Assembly (NCBI GenBank): GCA_964474085.1
Contig: CAYYRJ010000002.1
Location: 6,110-70,109 of the forward strand
Direction of reading: 5' to 3'
Origin: an uncultured Planctomycetales bacterium
GTDB lineage: Bacteria > Omnitrophota > Gorgyraeia > Zapsychrales > JANLHA01
DNA: 64,000 nt
Shown piece by piece: positions 55,413 through 63,973 of the stretch. The notes beneath the pieces were generated by a model that was given only the letters and a program-made list of their open reading frames with translations, ran no database searches and had not been told where the DNA came from. Positions within the stretch are counted from its first letter, which is position 1. Each line of letters starts with the position of its first letter. The translations under genes and the position numbers were made by a program.

Positions 55413-58400
55413 CTAGTTAGTTATTTCGCTTAATATTGGTACGGTCTGGACATTAATCGGCATAATATTAAGGATAACCGGATAAAAACCATTTACATGA
55501 ATATCCTCTAAATCTTTTTGCGAGAAAGACAGATGCCCACGACTCCGATCTTCATCACCCTCGATCTGCAAGTTGAGTTTAGAAGGATCAAAGTTAATAC
55601 CACCGAGATTTTTATGGACCGCTGGAAAAAAAGCAGCTTCATGTCCATTAACTGCGTTTAAAACGACACCGTCTTTTTGTTTATCTAAAACGTTTTTCTC
55701 TACCCGTCTAGATAATTCGTTTCGTGCCCATGCAAAAATAAGTTCATACATCTTGTCCCCCGCAGAAACACCACTGGCTTTAGCGAACACTTCTCCCTCA
55801 TTGAAAGCAAGAACTCTTTTCCAAGAAGATCGAAACCAATACTTAATCGCAAATGGCCGAAAAAGCACACTTTCCGACGATCCTTTTGCCCAATATTCGA
55901 GATATTCCTTATCCAATGCAGCAAAATATGTTTGAAAAAAAGTTTGTATCATTTCGGCGGAAGACGGCAAAATATATTTTTGATCAGGCTCAGTGTATCT
56001 AACAATGTCTTTTATATCCTCGAGCACAGAAAGCATACCTGCCGTGCTAATTCTATACTTGCGCAATGTTTCGATATCTTTTTCAGTAGCTTTTCCTTTT
56101 TCAACATAAACAACAAAATCATTGTAGGAAAGAAATTCTTCATTGTCTGATTCTTGAAAAAACGGGAAAACGATATCTTGAGGATGTATCGTTTTTTTGA
56201 ATAATTGCTTATTTTGTTTTTCTGCTTCAGCCAAAGCTCTTTTTTCGACTCCTGCTAAGATCAATTCTTTAACTGACAAAATCTTCCCCGCAGGCAACAT
56301 GTTTAACTCCACCATTCTTCTCGATATTCTTCGACGCAATCGCTCGAATCCCGGATCGCCATTAAGAATTTGACGAAACTTGGTTAATCGCTGCGGGTAT
56401 ACTACTCGATTAAATATGAGGACAGGAATAAACTTCGACCCATCCTCATCTTGAAAAAGATCCAGATTTTTTACGGAAACTAGATTGCCATTCCCGTCGG
56501 GTATCTCATTTAAATATTGATACCCCAAAATTTCGACAAACAAACCTTTTGTATTCTCTAAGATTTTACTAGCAGCCATGGCCGCCTTGGCTTCTTTTTC
56601 AGAGGCTAATCCCCAGTTTCTCGAAGATGCTAATTCCGGGTTTCTTAATAGTTCAGGCATACTTTTCACTGAGAAAAAAGGAGGTTTATCCTCATATACG
56701 TACTGACCTGATCCTTTTATACTAAACCAAGAAGAGGCATAGGCCTGCCTCCCATTGGCGACTCTAAATCCGGGGCTAAAAGTTTCATCCGCCGAACTAA
56801 ATCGATCGGTGATCCCAATAAATATTTTAGTTTCCGGGTTTTGACGTAATGCCCTAAGAGCAACCTCTGCATTGCCAATTAGAAAACCGCGATGTTCTTT
56901 TATATAATCCCGTATCGGCTTACCATCAATATACTCAACAGCCCTATTATTATTGACGACCATATCACCAACACTATGATCGGGCAATGATTGCAAAAAT
57001 TGCGGCCTCAAGGAAGGGTCATCTAATAAAATTTGTTTAACTTCCAAAGTAAACAAATCTAAAAGTGGTTGATAATGATGTTCCTTGTGTTCAAAGTCAG
57101 GGAAGATAGAATCTTGCCTCGTTAAATAAGCTCGCCATTTACTCTTAAATTCTTCTGGGGATAAATCTTCTGCCAAATTTACTTCCTGGGTCTTCGCGAT
57201 ATTAACGAAACCATCCTCGGCAGGATTAACTTTTCTGGCGTGGTGACTTTCCGAAACACGGGAAGAAACAAGCACGACTTGGTTTTCCTGCAAATCGCTA
57301 ATCGCGCGCACAGCCAGATCACGTCCGCGATCATCAATGACGGTTAATGAACTCGAAGCAAAGCTCATCACTTCTCCACCCGAGAAATATTTTCGAGGAA
57401 TCATTTCCCCATCGGGGCCGTCTTCTTCCTTGATAAGGTTATATGCGCCGTTTTTGAATGCTTCCAAATACTTCTCATAAACTTCTTGCTTAATATCTTG
57501 AACATCGCTTTCAAGACCTGCGACTTTCGATTTGTCGGTGTAAATTCTGCTAAACAAAGAGTCTTTAAGCGCCTTTTTATACCAAGCCGCTAAAATGACG
57601 CTTTGATAAACTTGGCGGGTCGCGGCAAAATTCTTGCCCGTGTTGACTTCTTCAATAAGCTTAGGCAAGATCAGCTCGCGAAAAACCGCGGTGGAAATGG
57701 AAACGACAGAAGAACCCCTATTTATCTGTAGGGGCGTATTGCAATACGCCCCTACGGCATTATTTTCATATTCCTCATCTAACATCACCTTTAATTTACT
57801 TTCCGTAATGTAAGCAAAGCCGTCCTTTTCGACAACTGTTGCGCCGTCGGGAACGATCCAGACTTTATTCTGTAGGGGTGTATTACAATACGCCCCTACG
57901 GCAATGCTTCGTTCATTAACTGTATCCCAGAATCTTTTCCCCAAATCCGTATCCGGATTGGTCAAAGACGCAGCCAACTGCTTTAAAACATAATCCTGTT
58001 CAAGCATTTGTCGACCCATTTCGGTTTGTCCGAGAGCATCAGGAACGATACGATCTTTCTCATACGGTGATAGATTAACCCACGCGTCCTTATCAGGAAT
58101 AGTGATGGAAGCTAAAAAGTATTTTATGAGTTTTGTGCTTTCGTTTTTGAGGGTCGCATTATCGATCCTCTCCTGCCCGCGATCGACGATAAAATCAAAC
58201 AAAAACGGATTTTCAGGATGAACCGTCATCCCTCTTAATACGGGCGGTTGAAAAGCGACCGAAGTCGCAAAGTCTAAAGGGATACCGATCCGACCCGCGG
58301 CGAGGCCAGAGGTAAGCCAAACCATCTGCCCTACCAAAAACGCCAGCAGAATAAAGCCGCTCATAGCTTTGCGAAACCCAAATTTATCTTTAACAAGCAT
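55413..58400 (-). CDS. giant secreted protein 2 (about 995 aa); N-module and C-module shared with giants 1 and 3; unknown core
   Basis: N-module LIKYFLASITIPDKDAWVNLSPYEKDRIVPDALGQTEMGRQMLEQDYVLKQLAASL...VWIVPDGATVVEKDG; C-module KNLGGINFDPSKLNLQIEGD...VNGFYPVILNIMPINV; start ATG 58400 (MLVKDKFGFRKAMSGFILLAFLVG, signal-peptide-like) preferred over 58481, which would overlap the small ORF at 58403-58630. Confidence 0.75.
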   Translation of the reverse strand: MLVKDKFGFRKAMSGFILLAFLVGQMVWLTSGLAAGRIGIPLDFATSVAFQPPVLRGMTVHPENPFLFDFIVDRGQERIDNATLKNESTKLIKYFLASITIPDKDAWVNLSPYEKDRIVPDALGQTEMGRQMLEQDYVLKQLAASLTNPDTDLGKRFWDTVNERSIAVGAYCNTPLQNKVWIVPDGATVVEKDGFAYITESKLKVMLDEEYENNAVGAYCNTPLQINRGSSVVSISTAVFRELILPKLIEEVNTGKNFAATRQVYQSVILAAWYKKALKDSLFSRIYTDKSKVAGLESDVQDIKQEVYEKYLEAFKNGAYNLIKEEDGPDGEMIPRKYFSGGEVMSFASSSLTVIDDRGRDLAVRAISDLQENQVVLVSSRVSESHHARKVNPAEDGFVNIAKTQEVNLAEDLSPEEFKSKWRAYLTRQDSIFPDFEHKEHHYQPLLDLFTLEVKQILLDDPSLRPQFLQSLPDHSVGDMVVNNNRAVEYIDGKPIRDYIKEHRGFLIGNAEVALRALRQNPETKIFIGITDRFSSADETFSPGFRVANGRQAYASSWFSIKGSGQYVYEDKPPFFSVKSMPELLRNPELASSRNWGLASEKEAKAAMAASKILENTKGLFVEILGYQYLNEIPDGNGNLVSVKNLDLFQDEDGSKFIPVLIFNRVVYPQRLTKFRQILNGDPGFERLRRRISRRMVELNMLPAGKILSVKELILAGVEKRALAEAEKQNKQLFKKTIHPQDIVFPFFQESDNEEFLSYNDFVVYVEKGKATEKDIETLRKYRISTAGMLSVLEDIKDIVRYTEPDQKYILPSSAEMIQTFFQTYFAALDKEYLEYWAKGSSESVLFRPFAIKYWFRSSWKRVLAFNEGEVFAKASGVSAGDKMYELIFAWARNELSRRVEKNVLDKQKDGVVLNAVNGHEAAFFPAVHKNLGGINFDPSKLNLQIEGDEDRSRGHLSFSQKDLEDIHVNGFYPVILNIMPINVQTVPILSEITN
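57728..57755. repeat. 28-bp perfect palindrome inserted in-frame in giant gene 2 (copy 1)
   Basis: GTAGGGGCGTATTGCAATACGCCCCTAC; translated on the minus strand as AVGAYCNTPLQ. Confidence 0.7.
57872..57899. repeat. 28-bp palindrome inserted in-frame in giant gene 2 (copy 2, two mismatches)
   Basis: GTAGGGGTGTATTACAATACGCCCCTAC; also translated as AVGAYCNTPLQ; the two copies flank the conserved VWIVPD...ITESKLKVMLDEEY segment. Confidence 0.7.
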
Positions 58401-58402
58401 AT

Positions 58403-58630
58403 TTAAAGAGTGTCCCCGCGAACCAACAAACGGCGTTTTCGGGTTCCAACTGTCTTTCGTTTCCGATAACGGGCGATCCAAGCCATCGCGTATCTCTTAA
58501 GCCACTGCGCAGATCCCTGCTCAAAACTTATTTCATGTCCGGCCTTTTCGCTTTCGATCCAAATATAGCGGTCGATCTCGGCTAAGACTTTTTTGTTTTT
58601 CAATAACTGTGAATAATAAATACTGGCCAT
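58403..58630 (-). CDS. small hypothetical protein (75 aa) between giant genes 3 and 2
   Basis: MASIYYSQLLKNKKVLAEIDRYIWIESEKAGHEISFEQGSAQWLKRYAMAWIARYRKRK; compact, non-low-complexity; stop 2 nt before the preferred start of giant gene 2. Confidence 0.4.
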   Translation of the reverse strand: MASIYYSQLLKNKKVLAEIDRYIWIESEKAGHEISFEQGSAQWLKRYAMAWIARYRKRKTVGTRKRRLLVRGDTL

Positions 58631-58660
58631 TTTGTCTCCAACACATACTTTTCCTTTACT

Positions 58661-61600
58661 TTAAACGTCTGAATGCTCCAACTGCGATTTAAACCCCAAA
58701 AAAATCGGCATATTTACCGGCGTCATCGGCGAGATATTTCTAATAACAGGCACAAGCCCCGGGATATCAAGCAATGCCGGATCCTGAAACTGCACAGGTA
58801 ACACGAACCCTTTATCATCAACTTTGACATTGATCTTTAAATTATTCGCATCAAGGTCAATACCGCCAACCGGCGCTGAGGCAACACTTGCGGCGGCATC
58901 TGAATCCGGCAAAAGATAATACGGAAACAAATGCGGCAAAATAACCTCTCCTGCTTGACGAGAAGCAATCGAATTATAATTGCGATGATTCCCTATGCCG
59001 GTGACATCCGCCTGCGGCACAATCAGAACACCAGCCACACTTTCTTCGCCGTCTCTGACATCCAAAACAGTGATATCCGCGCCGTCTGAAAGCGGATGAT
59101 CGCCGCGCTTTATCCCTTGTGTGTTGATCCATGCAACTTTTGCATTAAACGCGTTTCCTTTAATGGATCCGATAACTCGCCTGCTTTCTAAACCCTGCTC
59201 ATCAACTAAGACATAATCGGTATCTTTGTCAAAAGCCGCAGACCTTAAAAAGTTTTGCTCGTCGGGACTGACCGTCGTAAATTTGACGCGTTGTTGTCCC
59301 GAAATTTCAAAAAGATGTCCATCGTTTTCTTGAAACTGCTGGATTAACTTATCCGCCGAGGAATCTTTTTTTGTCACAACCACAATGTTGATGGGTTTAC
59401 CGTTTGGTTTTGCGGCCGTGTCAAAAACCCAATGTTTCAACAGAAGATTAACCGCCCCGGCAAATGACGGCGCGGAAATTCCCTGAACTTCCTGACTAAA
59501 GGCCTTTGCGGCACCGGCTTCAGCTGTCGCTAAAAGTAGCTGCGCTGTTGCGCTCGCCGGATTTCCAAAACGTCCATATGTCCGGTAAGATCCCTGAGCA
59601 GGAAAAGAACCACTGCTAGGATCCCCCGCCTTGCCATTCCAACCAAAACCAGTTTTAAGATCATCCGGGTCATCCGCGCGAAAAGCGTTTGATGGATTGC
59701 CGCCGCTGGCAACCAGCGAGCGATGGTCTCCGCTTAACAATCCCCAAATGGACGTATGATGTATAAACAATGTGTGCGGATTATATTTTGTGATCAGCGT
59801 CGCATCGTTGATCAGCTGCGCTGTTTGTTTAAGAGGATTTTCCGAGATAATAAAATAGTCCCGAACCCGGTCAAGTTCGGCAATTGACGCATTGATATCC
59901 GGTTCCACGCCGTAGGCGCCTTTTGTGTCACGCTTGACGACTGGATACTTGCGCAACGCGTAGCCTGTTTTTCCGTCGACATTTGTTGTCGGCTGCATAA
60001 AAATAGTGTCGAGCTGCGCGAACGGAATTTTTTCAAACTTGCCATCGTATATTTTAAGAATCTCAAAAATAGCGTCTAATTCACGCAAAACATCCTTTGG
60101 ATCCTCAATTCCCACAGCCCAGCGAATACCCCCACGCGTGACCCCGCCTTGGCGCAGTTCTTCGTCACTTAATCCCGATAGCGCGCCATAACCGGGCATT
60201 TGCATGAGGTTACGAACATCACCTAGGCTCACAGCGTGTTCAATAGTTCGAAAATACCGTAAAAGCGCCATAAACGCTTTCGCGCGCTCTTCTGTTTTCA
60301 AATCAAAATAAATCATATGTCCCGGGTTATCCATCTGCTTTTGCGCTAAACCATATTGTGGATGCGTTTGATCGCCGGGATAACGCACAAACTCAACCTG
60401 AGGATTCTTTTTTAACCACTCGACATAAAATCGGGCGTTTTCCTGCTGCCGAAAAAATCTTCTTTCCAAATTCGGCAATCCGTAACGCAAAAGTTTAATC
60501 GCATCATCCCTATTGATCGGCTCGGCCCGAGAATTTCGCAATTCTTGCGCGATCTCTTTTTGGGCAACAATGACCGCGCCAAAAACATTTCCGTCGCCGG
60601 AAAGCCCTTTGGTCACAACCTGAACAACCGCGTCAACACCAAAATCTAGCGGCTGTTGGCCTAAGGATGTTGCAAATGATCCGTCGAAAATAATAAACGC
60701 TTGCGGTGAAACAGAACTGCGCACCGCGTCAACTGTCCGCTTAATACTAATAATCGGCAAGGAAGGATTAGCCGGAGTTTCAAAAATCAAAGCCGCTGTA
60801 TTTCGAGATAACTCCTGCGCAAGTTGATTTTCCGGATCAGTCACAATCTTAACCTTAAGGCCATATTTCCTATATAATTCAACATCGCCTTCTGTCCCGC
60901 CGTAAGCCGGACGAATTAAAATTATTTCAGGAACCAAAGCAGGATTTTGTTCAGTAAATTTTTTTAACGCGTATCGCAGCGGCAAATGCACACCAGCAAC
61001 ACCGGAAGCAACACTAACACCGGCATATTGCTCTGTTACTAAATTTCGTGTCTCAAGCGCTGTGATCGCCTGCTCAACTTGTTCGACAGGATTCAAAACG
61101 ATTTGAGGTGTATTCCCAGAACCATTATTCCCGCCAGAGCCGGCTTTATTTGCGATTGGAGGTTTTCTTGGTGCTCGGGCTTTTGCCACAGGCTTTTGTC
61201 CCAAAGCTTCTTGCGCAACCACAACCCGAAGCTCATCTAAAGTCTCTGTTTTTGCGGCAATGGGACTGATGCTATCCGATATAAATCCCTGTGCTGTCCC
61301 GACGCTAATTCCTTCATCTTCCAAAACAACATCTGGTTTATTTTCTGATGTATTAACAGGAAGAATTCGGTTTGTATCAACAACGGTCTGATCTGCTAAA
61401 ACTGTTTTTGTAACCGTAGCGTTAGCTCCAATTTGAGCCCCTTTACCGACGGTGATCGGTCCTATGATCTGTGCTCCGGCGCCTAAAGTGACATCATCTT
61501 CAACAATGGGGTGTCGGCGACCGTCAATCGTATTTTTATTTGCGCCAAGGGTCACGCCATGCAAAATATAAACATTGTTTCCAACGACAGCTGTCTGCCC

Positions 61601-63973
61601 TATAACAACACCTGTCGCATGATCAAACAATACGCCATCGCCAATTGTCGCGCCTGGATGAATATCCACCCCGAAATTGTTCGTGATCGCATTTTGTAAA
61701 GCTAAAGCCAAATCCTGCCTGTCATTAAGCCACAGCCAATGTGCGATGCGATAAGCCGCAAGCGCGTGGAACCCTTTAAAATTAAGGAATGGATTAGAAA
61801 TATCCCCGGACGCAGGATCACGTTCAAGCACAGCCAAAAGATCGCGGCTAACTGAGTTAAGAATATCCGGCGATGCGTTTAACACTTGCAATATTCCCTG
61901 CTTTAGCTTATCAACATCAAATACGTCTGAGCGGAGTTTACTTGCTAATAAATTAGCAAGCGCCGTTTTAAAATCTGGTGCGGAAAGGATCGTTTTTTCA
62001 AGAGGCGCAGAAAGAAGCGGCTCTTGTTTGGCAACACGGCCAGCATTTTCTTTTAAACGATTCCAGAGAGAATCCAATTGCGCCGAATCAGAACTGCTAT
62101 CTGCCTTACCGCTAGTATCTCCAACAACTTTTAATGCTGGTTTTTTTGTCGACGTTTTTGCGGCTTTTTCTGCCCGCTTTAAATTTGTTGAACTTTCCGT
62201 CTTCGCGTAAACTCTTTTTAATTGCGCTAAACGTTCCCATGCTTCTTCTGGATCAATCGAATCAATCTGGCGATCATCTCGATGGGCTCTTAAACTTTCG
62301 GCAATTGCTTTTTCGGAAACAACGATCAACCCTTTTGAATTTTGCTGCGCAAGCGTTGTGGTTGCCTTATTTAAACGTGCCCCGCTGAAAGCAACAAGCG
62401 CTTGCGGATTTTTAGCATTGACCGTCTGGATAAATTGCTGCGAACTTTCTGATTTCGCAAATGGGAACAATACAATAGCAGTTTGTTTTGTCAAAACTTC
62501 GGTTAACTGTTCAATATTCTTAACAATGTGCACTTGCTGTGAATTACGACGAGCATATTCGCCAATAACGCTATCTTGCGGCGTATCTTCAGGGATATAA
62601 AATACTACTTGGCCGGCTTGGCCGGTAAATTCAGGTTTTGTTTTTGCAAAATCGATCAGATGACCTACAGCTGAGAATTGATCCGCATAACTGACACCGT
62701 CAAAATCGCCTTTTTCTCCTGAAAAATGCACACGCGCAGTCAAATGCTCAACGGACCGCACCTTTTGATCGACTCCCAAATCCGAAAAATCATTGTAAGC
62801 TGATCGTATCGCATTGACCAAATCCGTATCAACTATATCCGGTGATTTGCCGTTTAAAAGTCGGTTCACCGAGCTTGAGGATACATTAGTGTTAATAATC
62901 GTCGGGTCAACGCCCAGCATCCCGCCGGAAAAATATTTACGAGGCAAAGTCTCATGCGTTAGCGGATCTTCTTCTTCCTTAATATAGTTAAACACCCCGA
63001 CCTTAAAAGCCTGCAAATATTGTTCATAAATTTTTTCTTTAGCCTGCGGGTCATCAACCTGCACACCCGCGACTTTATTCTTATCCGTGTAAACTTGCGC
63101 TAAAAGTGTTTCCTTGAGTGTTTTTTTATACCATGTCGCGAGAATCATTGAATTGTAGATCTGGCGAAGCGGCGCAAAGTTTTTGCCCTCGTTGACTTCC
63201 TTTTCGATGATCGGGATAATAATTTCGCGTACCGCGTTTAAAGTATATTCCTGATTTTCTGTGGAACTTTCAGGTTGCACCGTCTGTCCGCCGGAAGCCA
63301 AAACTTTGCTGTTTTCTTTTTCGGCCAGATAATCTTTTTCGAGCATGACTTTCAAATGGCTTTTTACCAAAAACGCAGTGCCGTCTTTTTGATAAATATC
63401 TGCCTGATCGGCACGAATCCAAATTTTATTAAATGTATTAATAGGGATATCTGTCGTCTTAAATTTTTCATATGCCTGACTATACACTTTTTGCCAAAAT
63501 CCACGACCAATATCCTCTTCTGGATACATCAAAGAGGCTGTAAATTGTTTTAGAATATAATCCTGTGCTAAAAGTTCTTTTCCGGTGTTCGTTTGCTCAA
63601 GATTTTTGCCAATGATCCGATTAGACTCATAAGGCGAAAGATTAACCCACATGTCTTTATTGGCAACCGTCAAAGATGCAAGAAAATGCTTAATGAGTTT
63701 TGTGTACTGTTCTTTCTGCTGATTGGCACTCAAAAGCTCATCGCCCTTGTCCATCACAAAGTAAAAGTGGAAAGGGTTTTGCGGGTCGATCTTTAAACCG
63801 ATCATCTGCGCCGGAGTAAAAATGCCGGTCGGCTGCAACATTTGCCCGATGGGAGAAAGCAAAGGCACAGCTTGCGCATAACCCGACTGCGCAGGCAACG
63901 CGCTTAGCATAAACACAATAAGTGCAATCGCGATTGGACGAAACAAAGATTTTTTCTTAATTTGCTGAAACAT
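58661..63973 (-). CDS. giant secreted multidomain protein 3 (1770 aa): shared N-module, complete CysE-like serine acetyltransferase, complete PLP-dependent Cys/Met-metabolism (CGS/OAS-OAH sulfhydrylase family) domain, shared C-module
   Basis: Signal peptide MFQQIKKKSLFRPIAIALIVFMLSALPAQSGYAQA. N-module HFLASLTVANKDMWVNLSPYESNRIIGKNLEQTNTGKELLAQDYILKQFTASL. Residues about 700-860: GFHALAAYRIAHWLW...DIHPGATIGDGVLFDHATGVVIGQTAVVGNNVYILHGVTLG (SAT). Residues about 955-1305: ASGVAGV...YGGT...ETPANP...FDGSFATS...GVDAVVQVVTKGLSGDGNVFGAVIV...GIRWAVGIEDPKDVLRELDAI (PF01053-type, PLP lysine K1122 at nt 60608-60610). Confidence 0.8.
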   Translation of the reverse strand: MFQQIKKKSLFRPIAIALIVFMLSALPAQSGYAQAVPLLSPIGQMLQPTGIFTPAQMIGLKIDPQNPFHFYFVMDKGDELLSANQQKEQYTKLIKHFLASLTVANKDMWVNLSPYESNRIIGKNLEQTNTGKELLAQDYILKQFTASLMYPEEDIGRGFWQKVYSQAYEKFKTTDIPINTFNKIWIRADQADIYQKDGTAFLVKSHLKVMLEKDYLAEKENSKVLASGGQTVQPESSTENQEYTLNAVREIIIPIIEKEVNEGKNFAPLRQIYNSMILATWYKKTLKETLLAQVYTDKNKVAGVQVDDPQAKEKIYEQYLQAFKVGVFNYIKEEEDPLTHETLPRKYFSGGMLGVDPTIINTNVSSSSVNRLLNGKSPDIVDTDLVNAIRSAYNDFSDLGVDQKVRSVEHLTARVHFSGEKGDFDGVSYADQFSAVGHLIDFAKTKPEFTGQAGQVVFYIPEDTPQDSVIGEYARRNSQQVHIVKNIEQLTEVLTKQTAIVLFPFAKSESSQQFIQTVNAKNPQALVAFSGARLNKATTTLAQQNSKGLIVVSEKAIAESLRAHRDDRQIDSIDPEEAWERLAQLKRVYAKTESSTNLKRAEKAAKTSTKKPALKVVGDTSGKADSSSDSAQLDSLWNRLKENAGRVAKQEPLLSAPLEKTILSAPDFKTALANLLASKLRSDVFDVDKLKQGILQVLNASPDILNSVSRDLLAVLERDPASGDISNPFLNFKGFHALAAYRIAHWLWLNDRQDLALALQNAITNNFGVDIHPGATIGDGVLFDHATGVVIGQTAVVGNNVYILHGVTLGANKNTIDGRRHPIVEDDVTLGAGAQIIGPITVGKGAQIGANATVTKTVLADQTVVDTNRILPVNTSENKPDVVLEDEGISVGTAQGFISDSISPIAAKTETLDELRVVVAQEALGQKPVAKARAPRKPPIANKAGSGGNNGSGNTPQIVLNPVEQVEQAITALETRNLVTEQYAGVSVASGVAGVHLPLRYALKKFTEQNPALVPEIILIRPAYGGTEGDVELYRKYGLKVKIVTDPENQLAQELSRNTAALIFETPANPSLPIISIKRTVDAVRSSVSPQAFIIFDGSFATSLGQQPLDFGVDAVVQVVTKGLSGDGNVFGAVIVAQKEIAQELRNSRAEPINRDDAIKLLRYGLPNLERRFFRQQENARFYVEWLKKNPQVEFVRYPGDQTHPQYGLAQKQMDNPGHMIYFDLKTEERAKAFMALLRYFRTIEHAVSLGDVRNLMQMPGYGALSGLSDEELRQGGVTRGGIRWAVGIEDPKDVLRELDAIFEILKIYDGKFEKIPFAQLDTIFMQPTTNVDGKTGYALRKYPVVKRDTKGAYGVEPDINASIAELDRVRDYFIISENPLKQTAQLINDATLITKYNPHTLFIHHTSIWGLLSGDHRSLVASGGNPSNAFRADDPDDLKTGFGWNGKAGDPSSGSFPAQGSYRTYGRFGNPASATAQLLLATAEAGAAKAFSQEVQGISAPSFAGAVNLLLKHWVFDTAAKPNGKPINIVVVTKKDSSADKLIQQFQENDGHLFEISGQQRVKFTTVSPDEQNFLRSAAFDKDTDYVLVDEQGLESRRVIGSIKGNAFNAKVAWINTQGIKRGDHPLSDGADITVLDVRDGEESVAGVLIVPQADVTGIGNHRNYNSIASRQAGEVILPHLFPYYLLPDSDAAASVASAPVGGIDLDANNLKINVKVDDKGFVLPVQFQDPALLDIPGLVPVIRNISPMTPVNMPIFLGFKSQLEHSDV

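Noticed and set aside
61511-62600. Several plus-strand ORFs (61511-61699, 62028-62210, 62134-62388, 62358-62600) inside giant gene 3
   Set aside because: Antisense to a continuous 1770-aa ORF with recognisable enzyme domains. Short and compositionally odd. No support as genes.
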